Part shown: piece by piece, positions 37,362-44,102 of the stretch
How positions within the stretch are numbered: position 1 is the stretch's first letter
How the letters are laid out: each line of letters opens with the position of its first letter
Assembly: GCA_022560215.1 (NCBI GenBank)
Contig: JADFTO010000001.1
Span: 1-44,102, forward strand
Source of the DNA: Pseudomonadota bacterium
Lineage (GTDB): Bacteria; Pseudomonadota; Alphaproteobacteria; Rhodospirillales; 2-02-FULL-58-16
Length of the DNA stretch: 44,102 nucleotides
Direction of reading: 5' to 3'
Position numbers and translations under genes: made by a program
The notes under the pieces: model-generated
The model's input: only the letters and a program-made list of their open reading frames with translations
Databases searched by the model: none
Told to the model about the DNA's origin: nothing

Positions 37362-38693
37362 ATGCTGAAGAACTTGGCGGAATTCGTCTTCGGCGCGCGG
37401 CTCGACAGGCATCTACCCGAACGGGTGAGCCATTCCATCGCCGAACAGCAGATCAAGAGCGAAATCCTGATCGGCTGGGTCCAGCTGACATTGGTCTTGT
37501 TCTTCGGCACCCTTTACACCATCGCGCCCAAGACCTCCGCCGGCACCGTGTTCACGCCCGTCCCCTGGGCGCTGGCGCTCTATTTTCTGTTCACCGTGCT
37601 GCGCCTGGCGGCCAGCTACCGGCGCTTCCTTCCGCGCTGGCTCCTGATGGCCTCCGTGGTCATGGACATGGGCCTGCTCATGCTGCTCATCTGGAGCTTC
37701 CACCTGCAATACGAGCAGCCGGCGTCGTTCTACCTGAAGGCGCCGACCATGCTCTACGTCTTCATCTTCATCGCGCTCCGGGCCTTGCGCTTCGATGCGT
37801 CCTATATCCTGTTCGCCGGGGCGGCGGCGGCGGTGGGATGGCTGGTCCTGATCCTCTACGTGCTCTACGCCGACCCCGACGATCCCATGATCACCCGCGA
37901 CTACGTGGAATACTTGACCTCGAACAGCATCCTGGTGGGGGCCGAGATCGACAAGATCGTCTCCATCCTGCTGGTCACCGGCGTGCTGGCGATCGCCTTG
38001 CTCAGGGCCGAGCGCTTGCTCAACAGGGCCGTCCTCGACAGCACCACGGCCCACGACCTGTCCCGTTTCGTGGCCCCGGAAGTCGCCGACAGGATCACCA
38101 CGGCGGACGAGGAGATCCAGCCCGGGGACGGCGAGGTCAAGCCGGCCTCCATCCTGTTCACCGACATCGAGAAATTCACCACCATCTCCGAGAAATTGGA
38201 GCCCGACGAACTCATGCGAACCCTGAACGAGTACTTCGCCGCGGTGTCCGCCGTCATCGACCGCTTCGGCGGCGTCATCACCCAGTTCGAGGGCGACGCC
38301 ATGCTGATCACCTTCAACACGGTCAAGTCCGACCCGGACCACGCCGCCAACGCGGTCCGCACCGCCGCCGGCATCCAGGACGTGGTGAGGAACAACACCT
38401 TCGGCAAGGGCATCCGTATGAAGACCCGGTGCGGCATCAGCACGGGGAAACTCGTCGCCGGCGCGGTGGGAACCAGAGACCGCCTGCTGTTCACGGTGCA
38501 CGGGGACGAGGTCAACATCGCGGCGCGCCTGGAGCAGCTCAACAAGGAGCACGGCACCTACGTGCTGGCCAGCGAAAGCACGGTCGAGGAGGCCGGCGGC
38601 GAATTCGCCTTCGAACGCATCGGAGAGATCATCGTGCGCGGCCGCACGACGCCGACCGTCGTCTACACCCTCGCCGACCCGGCGGCTGGTTAA
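37362..38693 (+). CDS. Membrane-anchored class III adenylate/guanylate cyclase
   Basis: Start at MLKNLAEF. About 6 predicted TM helices, then a cyclase homology domain: ILFTDIEKFT, FEGDAMLITF, RCGISTG, VHGDEVNIAARLE. Confidence 0.85.
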   Translation: MLKNLAEFVFGARLDRHLPERVSHSIAEQQIKSEILIGWVQLTLVLFFGTLYTIAPKTSAGTVFTPVPWALALYFLFTVLRLAASYRRFLPRWLLMASVVMDMGLLMLLIWSFHLQYEQPASFYLKAPTMLYVFIFIALRALRFDASYILFAGAAAAVGWLVLILYVLYADPDDPMITRDYVEYLTSNSILVGAEIDKIVSILLVTGVLAIALLRAERLLNRAVLDSTTAHDLSRFVAPEVADRITTADEEIQPGDGEVKPASILFTDIEKFTTISEKLEPDELMRTLNEYFAAVSAVIDRFGGVITQFEGDAMLITFNTVKSDPDHAANAVRTAAGIQDVVRNNTFGKGIRMKTRCGISTGKLVAGAVGTRDRLLFTVHGDEVNIAARLEQLNKEHGTYVLASESTVEEAGGEFAFERIGEIIVRGRTTPTVVYTLADPAAG

Positions 38694-38717
38694 GAGAAAA
38701 AATTAGCCGGAAAGACT

Positions 38718-38942
38718 CTAGACCCGGATGTTCAGGTAGAAGCCCCGAGGCATCTCGCCGTCGAGGGGCCGGCCGCTGGTGAGTATCCTGTTGAGCCGCG
38801 TCACCGACTTTCGGATTTCTGGCGAATCTGCCGGGCGCGTCACCGAGGCGCGCGCCTTGACCCGGTGGGCCGCCTTGTAGTCCCCGGAGCGCGCGCCCGA
38901 CTGGGCCGCCCCGGGGTTTGGAACCTTCGAGGCCTCGGTCAT
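38718..38942 (-). CDS. Hypothetical 74-aa protein
   Basis: ORF only. No convincing RBS and no family recognised (the C-terminus PRGFYLNIRV looks vaguely familiar but I cannot place it). Confidence 0.25.
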   Translation of the reverse strand: MTEASKVPNPGAAQSGARSGDYKAAHRVKARASVTRPADSPEIRKSVTRLNRILTSGRPLDGEMPRGFYLNIRV

Positions 38943-39127
38943 GGCGCCGACGTTAAGGCGGAAAGGTTAAGGGAATCTCAAGGGTCCGCGTCTCCGGCAT
39001 GACCGCGAGAACGGCCCCCGCCCGTGGATAGAGGGGCACGGCCGAAGGAGGGATGGGATTTCATGGGGCGGGAAAACTGTGCTATTCCCAGCGCCTGGAC
39101 AATCCTGGGAACACCGCATCCGTGACC

Positions 39128-40786
39128 ATGGACGGCAGCACCTCTATCAGCGACTGGAAAAGCCCGGCCGAGGAGCGGACTTTTCTCGGCGGCCTGAGCG
39201 TCGGCACCAGGATCGCCCTGCTGGCGCTCCTCGGGCTGGCCCTGCTGGCCGCGTTCGGCGCCCTCTACGCCGTCGGCGAAGGGTGGCTCGAGGAGGCCCG
39301 GAAACAATCGACAAATTCTCTTAAGGTCAGGGCGCTGGCCGCCGAAGTGGAGGCCGGGGTCCTGCGCATGCGGCAGCGGGAAAGGGCCTTCCTGTTGCGC
39401 AAGGACCTCGAATCGGCCGCCGCCTACGAGCGGGAATCGTCCGCCGTGCTTTCGACCCTCGCCCCCCTATCCGGGATGGCGGAGGAGGCCAAGACCCACA
39501 TCGACACCATCAACGACGGCGTCCTCCAGCACATCGCCCAGTTCAAGGAGGTGCTGGAGGGTGAAATGGCCCTGGGCCTGGATCAAGGGAAGGGACTGAA
39601 AGGTCGCCTGGCCGAGTCCTTCCGGGAACTCCAGTCCAAGGTGTCCAAGGCGGGCAGCGATCCCCTGTCGGCCCAGCTCAGGGCGATGCGCAGATCCGAG
39701 AGGAACTTCATGCTTACCGGGGACGGAAGGCACCTCGACCGGATCAGGAAGCGCCGGCAGGACTTCGATTCCCTGCTCGCCGCGCCGGCCCCTGACAACC
39801 AGGCCGGCATCGCCGCCTCGATGGACGACTATCAGAAGGCCGTCCAGGATTTCGGAGAAGCCAGCCTGTCACAGTTCGGGAAGATCAAGCGGCTCGGCGA
39901 AATCTATTCCTATATGGAGCCGAGCCTGGAGGCCCTGGCCGAATTCGCCGGCCACACCGGCGCCCAAACGGAGTTGCGAAGGCTCGGCCGTTCCGTCGGC
40001 CGGATGCGCATCGCCGGCGCGGCGGCGGCGGTCCTGTTGCTGGCCATATTGGGCTACCCGGTCTGGCGCAGCATCTCCCTTCCGCTGCGCGCCGTCACCG
40101 AGGCGGCCCAAAGAATAGCCGTGGGAGAACCGAACGTGGAGCTCCCGGGCCTGGGCAACGCCGACGAGTTGGGCCGCCTTGCCCGCGCCCTCAGCATCAT
40201 CCATCACGACAGGCGGCGGCTTGGCGTGACCGGGGAAGACGGTGAAGGGCCGGATCAGGGCGCCGTGGGGGCGCGCCTGGCCGGTGACTTCGAGGCCAGC
40301 CTAGCCGGGGTGGTCAAGGGCGTGACCGAGGCCTCCACCCGGCTCCAGTTCGCGGCCCAGGCCATGTCGGCCACCACCGAACAGATGAACCGCCGGGCGT
40401 TCACCGCATCGGCGGCGGCCGAGGAAGCCTTCTCCGGCGTGCAGGCCATGCTGGCGGTCGTACTCGAGATTTCCGAGACCGTCTCCGAAACCAGCCGGCT
40501 GCTGGAAGGGGACGGAAACGGGCCCGGGGCGGGCGCCGGCAACCTGGACCGGGCGAGCCGCAAAATCGCTTCCGCCGTCAAGCAAATCGTCGACATCACC
40601 GAGAGGATCGACCTCCTCGCCCTGGAAGCCACCATCCAGGCGACGCGGGCCGGCTTCGCCAAGGCGGCGAGCGAAAACGACAAGACCGCCGAGCAGGTGC
40701 TCGACGCCGTCGGCCAGCTATCCCAGAGGACCATGGACCTGCGCCAGGGCGTAGGCGCCTTCCTCGACCGGGCCCGCAATTCCTAG
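39128..40786 (+). CDS. MCP-like transmembrane sensor with HAMP and a degenerate, shortened signalling domain
   Basis: Start at MDGSTSIS. TM1, a helical periplasmic region, TM2, HAMP (PLRAVTEAAQRIAVGE...ELGRLARAL). The tip-like motif DLLALEATIQATRAGFAKAASEN replaces the canonical [25 protein letters not shown].EV. Confidence 0.7.
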   Translation: MDGSTSISDWKSPAEERTFLGGLSVGTRIALLALLGLALLAAFGALYAVGEGWLEEARKQSTNSLKVRALAAEVEAGVLRMRQRERAFLLRKDLESAAAYERESSAVLSTLAPLSGMAEEAKTHIDTINDGVLQHIAQFKEVLEGEMALGLDQGKGLKGRLAESFRELQSKVSKAGSDPLSAQLRAMRRSERNFMLTGDGRHLDRIRKRRQDFDSLLAAPAPDNQAGIAASMDDYQKAVQDFGEASLSQFGKIKRLGEIYSYMEPSLEALAEFAGHTGAQTELRRLGRSVGRMRIAGAAAAVLLLAILGYPVWRSISLPLRAVTEAAQRIAVGEPNVELPGLGNADELGRLARALSIIHHDRRRLGVTGEDGEGPDQGAVGARLAGDFEASLAGVVKGVTEASTRLQFAAQAMSATTEQMNRRAFTASAAAEEAFSGVQAMLAVVLEISETVSETSRLLEGDGNGPGAGAGNLDRASRKIASAVKQIVDITERIDLLALEATIQATRAGFAKAASENDKTAEQVLDAVGQLSQRTMDLRQGVGAFLDRARNS

Positions 40787-40945
40787 CCATTCGACGAACG
40801 TTTCTACTATTGGCGGCGCCCCGCCGCGCCGTGGCGGTGGAGGTCAGGGAAGCGGACTCATACCAGCGGCCCTTAAGAAGGACCGCTGGGCGTTCATGCG
40901 CCACGCAGGCTCTCAGGCATAAGCGCCGGCGCGCGGTCGCGCTTG

Positions 40946-40980
40946 CCAAAGGGCGATTTAACAAGCTCAACGCCCTTTGG
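40946..40980. terminator. 10-bp-stem hairpin between the convergent MCP-like gene and pgk
   Basis: CCAAAGGGCG-(15 nt)-CGCCCTTTGG, 13 nt downstream of the pgk stop on the minus strand. No U-tract. Confidence 0.4.
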
Positions 40981-40992
40981 TATCAAGCCCGG

Positions 40993-42189
40993 TCAGGCGC
41001 CCAGGGCCGCCACGCCGGGCAGGGTCTTGCCCTCAAGCCATTCCAGGAAGGCGCCGCCCGCGGTGGTCACGTAGGAGAACTCATCGACGACGCCGGCCCG
41101 GACCAGGGCCGCCACGGTGTCGCCGCCGCCGGCCACGCTCAACAGCCCGCCGCCGGCGCTCAACCGGGCCACGGCCCGGGCCACTTCGGTCGTGCCGGCG
41201 TCGAAGGGGGACACCTCGAAGGCCCCGAGAGGCCCGTTCCACAAGAGGGTCCGGCAGCCCTCGATCCTCTCCTTCAGGTCCGCCACCGTCGCCGGGCCCA
41301 CGTCCAGGATCATGGCGTCGGCCGGCACGCTGCCCAAGGAAACCGTCTCGCAAGCGACGCCTTCCTTGAGTTCGCTGGCGACGACGGCGTCCTTGGGCAG
41401 CACCATCTCGCAGCCCGCCGCCCGGGCCGCCGCCTCGATGTCGTGAGCGGCTTCGGCCATGTCGGGTTCGCACAAGGACCTGCCCACGTCGACCCCGCGG
41501 GCGTGGAGGAAGGTATTGGCCATGGCACCGCCGATGATCAGCTGGTCCATCTTGCCAGACAGGTTTCCCAGGACTCCCATCTTGGTGGAAATCTTCGCCC
41601 CGCCGACCACCGCCACCACCGGGCGGTCGGGGTTGCCGAGGATCTTGGCCAAGGTGTCGAGTTCGGCCTGCATCAGCCGCCCGGCGGCGGAAGGCAGCAG
41701 CCGGGCGACGGCTTCCGTCGAGGCATGGGCCCGGTGGGCCGTGGAAAACGCATCGTTGACGTAAACGTCGCCGAGGGCCGCCAGCCTGGCGGCGAAGGCG
41801 GCATCGTTGAGCTCCTCGCCCGGGTGGAAACGCAGGTTCTCCAGCAGCACCACGTCGCCCTCGTTCATGGCGGCGACCGCCGTCTCTGCTTGCATGCCGA
41901 TGCAATCGCCGGCAAAGGCCACGCGCCGGCCGTCCAGGGCGCGGCTGAGGGCATCGGCCACCGGCCTCAGGCTCAAGCCGTCGTCCACCCGCCCCCCGGG
42001 ACGGCCCAAATGGGAGATCACGATCACCTTCGCGCCCTTGTCGGCCAGCTCGATCAGGCCGGGCGCCGTGCGTTCGATGCGCGTCGCATCGCCGATGCGG
42101 CCGTCCTTCATGGGGACGTTGAGGTCGGCGCGCACCAGCACCCGCTTTCCCTTCACCCGCAAATCGTCGACGGTCTTGAACTCTGTCAT
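40993..42189 (-). CDS. pgk: Phosphoglycerate kinase
   Basis: 398 aa with [19 protein letters not shown] and the C-terminal GGGDT..A motifs. Confidence 0.95.
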   Translation of the reverse strand: MTEFKTVDDLRVKGKRVLVRADLNVPMKDGRIGDATRIERTAPGLIELADKGAKVIVISHLGRPGGRVDDGLSLRPVADALSRALDGRRVAFAGDCIGMQAETAVAAMNEGDVVLLENLRFHPGEELNDAAFAARLAALGDVYVNDAFSTAHRAHASTEAVARLLPSAAGRLMQAELDTLAKILGNPDRPVVAVVGGAKISTKMGVLGNLSGKMDQLIIGGAMANTFLHARGVDVGRSLCEPDMAEAAHDIEAAARAAGCEMVLPKDAVVASELKEGVACETVSLGSVPADAMILDVGPATVADLKERIEGCRTLLWNGPLGAFEVSPFDAGTTEVARAVARLSAGGGLLSVAGGGDTVAALVRAGVVDEFSYVTTAGGAFLEWLEGKTLPGVAALGA

Positions 42190-42324
42190 GGCTCCCCCGG
42201 CGGGGAACCATGCCCGCCCCCGGGAACGGCCGTCAAGGATTACGGCCGCGAAGGACTAAACCGCCTTGAACGGGAGGTGGAAGAGTGCTTTGTTGTCGCC
42301 CTTTGTCTCGAACGGATATCCAGC

Positions 42325-43305
42325 ATGGCCGAAGAACATCCCCTGCCCCTTCTCTCCATCGAAGACACGAAAAGGGTCGTCCACGAGTTGGAGACCGCGT
42401 TGGACACGCAAAGGGACTGGCTAAAAAATTTCCAGGCCATGCTGGCCTGCCGGACCCGGCCCGATCCCGAAGACCTCGATGTCGACTCCCACAAGAAAAG
42501 TAGCTTCGCCCTCTGGTACTACAAGGAGGCCAGCTCCCCCCTCAAGAAGCACCCCGATTTCACCGCCGTCGGAAAATGCCATCGCGACATGCACGACCAG
42601 GCGCGAATCCTGGCCGAAGCGGTCGACAGTGGCGCCGACATCGGGCCCGACCGCTACGAAGCCTTCATGTCGAGCACCGACCGCTTCGAAATGGCGCTGC
42701 GCAAGCTGCATGGCGAAGCCCGGGGACTGCTCAGCGAAACCGACCCGGTGACCGGGGTGGCGACGCGCGTGGCCATGCTCACCCACCTGGAACAGGAGCG
42801 GGCCAGGCTGAAACGCAGCGGCACCCTGAGCAGCATCGGCATGGCCGATCTGGATCATTTCAAGATGGTCAACGACACCTACGGCCATCAGGCCGGCGAC
42901 AAGGTCCTGCGCTCGGTCGCCGCTTACATGCTCGAACACCTGCGCCAATACGACCAGGTATACCGTTACGGGGGCGAGGAATTCCTGCTTCTCCTGCCCA
43001 ACACGTCCGTGATCCGGGCAAAGGTCGTCCTCGACCGTCTGCGCCGGGGTCTGCAGCGCCAGCGGAAGCGCATAAAAGGCGGCATCTACATCTCCATGAC
43101 CGTTTCCTTCGGCGTCACCGCGCTGCTGTCCACCGTGTCGGTGAAGACGGCCATCGGCAGGGCCGACAAGGCGCTCTACGCCGCCAAGGCGGCGGGACGC
43201 AACCAGGTCCTTGTGTGGGGGTCGAAAAAACGGAAGCCCGCGAAAGCCGCCGGCGGCAAGAAAACCGCGGCCAAGAAAACCGCGGCCAAGAAATCCGCGG
43301 CCTGA
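42325..43305 (+). CDS. Diguanylate cyclase (GGEEF) with an N-terminal CZB-like helical sensor and a C-terminal lysine/alanine-rich tail
   Basis: Only the last 326 codons of the 831-aa ORF are credible (start MAEEHPLP). RYGGEEF active site with an RQYD I-site 5 residues upstream. The N-terminus has a H...W...SHKKSSFALWYY...CHRDMH pattern. The tail is KKRKPAKAAGGKKTAAKKTAAKKSAA. Confidence 0.85.
   Translation: MAEEHPLPLLSIEDTKRVVHELETALDTQRDWLKNFQAMLACRTRPDPEDLDVDSHKKSSFALWYYKEASSPLKKHPDFTAVGKCHRDMHDQARILAEAVDSGADIGPDRYEAFMSSTDRFEMALRKLHGEARGLLSETDPVTGVATRVAMLTHLEQERARLKRSGTLSSIGMADLDHFKMVNDTYGHQAGDKVLRSVAAYMLEHLRQYDQVYRYGGEEFLLLLPNTSVIRAKVVLDRLRRGLQRQRKRIKGGIYISMTVSFGVTALLSTVSVKTAIGRADKALYAAKAAGRNQVLVWGSKKRKPAKAAGGKKTAAKKTAAKKSAA
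43258..43302 (+). repeat. 15-nt x3 tandem repeat encoding the KKTAA/KKSAA tail
   Basis: aagaaaaccgcggcc (43258-43272), aagaaaaccgcggcc (43273-43287), aagaaatccgcggcc (43288-43302). Confidence 0.9.
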
Positions 43306-43335
43306 GCGTCCGCTCTATGTCGATAAGTCAGGGCA

Positions 43336-43371
43336 CCGGATTGATGGATCGCTGATCCGCGATCAATCCGG
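43336..43371. terminator. Nested hairpin between the convergent diguanylate cyclase gene and ccmI
   Basis: CCGGATTGAT-[GGATC-gct-GATCC]-gcg-ATCAATCCGG: a 10-bp outer stem plus a 5-bp inner stem. No clear U-tract. Confidence 0.5.
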
Positions 43372-43378
43372 ATTCGCC

Positions 43379-44101
43379 CTAGGGCCGTGGGGCTTCCCCC
43401 GGCGTCTTCGGTTTTCTCCCGGCCTGCCCGGCGGCTTCGGGCGAGGGCTTGACGCTCGCCGGATCGACGCCGAGCTCGGCCGCCAGCCGCTCGATCTGCT
43501 GGAGAACGGCGGCGTGCCACGACGCGTCCGGGGGAGAGACCGCCGCCAGGTCCACCCAGGCCCGCAAGGCCTCGTCCAGGCGGCCTTCCTGGGCCAGGGC
43601 CAGGGCCAGGTAATAGCGGGCCTTGGGGTTCAGGGGGTCGCCCTCGAAGGAAGACTGGAATTGGTCGCGGGCGGCGGGGGTGACGATTCCGTCGGCGGCG
43701 GCCACCAGGGCCTCGCCGTAATTGGCGACGATGTCGGGACGGTTGTCGCCGAGGCGGCTGGCGTTGGCCAGCGCCTTGGCGGCGGCGTCGAAACGCTCCT
43801 GGACCATGTAGGACCGTCCCAGGAACAGCCACCCCTTGAGGTCATCTGGATTTTCCTCCATGCGCCGGGCCAGGCGTTCGACCATATTCTCAATGTCCGG
43901 GGATCCGTCCTCCGCCGGCGGCCCCTCGGCCAGCCGCCCCGCCAGGGGCTGGTCCGGCATGCCCGGCGTGCCCAGGTGGAGGTAGAGCGCGAAGGCCCCG
44001 GCCGGCACCAGGGCGGCGACCACGGCCACGGCCCAAGAACCGTCCCGCCCGTCCGCCGGCGGTGTCTCCTCGCCGGCGCCGTCCGCCGCCGCCGCCAGCA
44101 T
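43379..44101 (-). CDS. ccmI: Cytochrome c-type biogenesis protein CcmI/CycH (C-terminal TPR part; 5' end lies beyond the window)
   Basis: The ORF runs off the right edge. It shows a TM segment (WAVAVVAALVPAGAFALYLHLG), then LEENPDDLKGWLFLGRSYM-type TPR repeats typical of CcmI. Confidence 0.7.
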   Translation of the reverse strand: MLAAAADGAGEETPPADGRDGSWAVAVVAALVPAGAFALYLHLGTPGMPDQPLAGRLAEGPPAEDGSPDIENMVERLARRMEENPDDLKGWLFLGRSYMVQERFDAAAKALANASRLGDNRPDIVANYGEALVAAADGIVTPAARDQFQSSFEGDPLNPKARYYLALALAQEGRLDEALRAWVDLAAVSPPDASWHAAVLQQIERLAAELGVDPASVKPSPEAAGQAGRKPKTPGEAPRP

Positions 44102-44102
44102 G

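Noticed and set aside
40810-42324. N-terminal 505 codons of the 831-aa ORF 40810..43305
   Set aside because: This part is antisense to phosphoglycerate kinase and not protein-like. The credible gene starts at ATG 42325.

Overview
High-GC, gene-dense bacterial chromosomal segment whose gene content looks alphaproteobacterial (inferred from ccmI/cycH, gene types and REP-like hairpins). I support about 35 protein-coding genes or gene remnants, and no rRNA, tRNA, CRISPR array, integrase or transposase.

Layout, left to right:
- A tiny lysine-rich histone-like gene with its own promoter and terminator.
- A decayed, rearranged myo-inositol catabolism cluster: truncated lpxD fragment fused tail-to-tail to a 3'-truncated iolD, an iolC tail remnant, a transaldolase-family gene, iolB and iolG.
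- An FbpABC/PotABC-type ABC importer.
- A 10.8-kb minus-strand beta-oxidation operon (thiolase, hydroxyacyl-CoA dehydrogenase/enoyl-CoA hydratase, FadE, SDR). It is led by an unusual 1356-aa fusion of acyltransferase, alpha/beta-hydrolase and acyl-CoA synthetase.
- tusA and mmsA/iolA.
- A 5.6-kb molybdopterin oxidoreductase cassette (FeS, NrfD, catalytic subunit, TorD chaperone, CMD-family gene) with a textbook FNR class II promoter.
- A decayed methyltransferase pseudogene.
- A DUF922 / Sel1 / MlaC secreted-protein operon.
- Two identical 267-bp MITE copies bracketing a methyltransferase, a family III CoA-transferase and an aspartate aminotransferase.
- A signalling cluster: class III adenylate cyclase, degenerate MCP-like protein, and a CZB-like GGDEF cyclase with a histone-like tail, the last separated from the other two by pgk.
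- A partial ccmI.

The most interesting observations:
1. The molybdoenzyme cassette is bracketed by duplicated 3' ends of both neighbouring genes in the order A-cassette-X'|A'-X. This is the footprint expected from Campbell-type capture of a circular DNA segment.
2. The tri-domain lipid-handling fusion protein.
3. The identical MITE pair.
4. Several microhomology or in-frame junctions that indicate recent rearrangement or assembly chimerism.

All calls come from reading the sequence and ORF translations. No database search was run.
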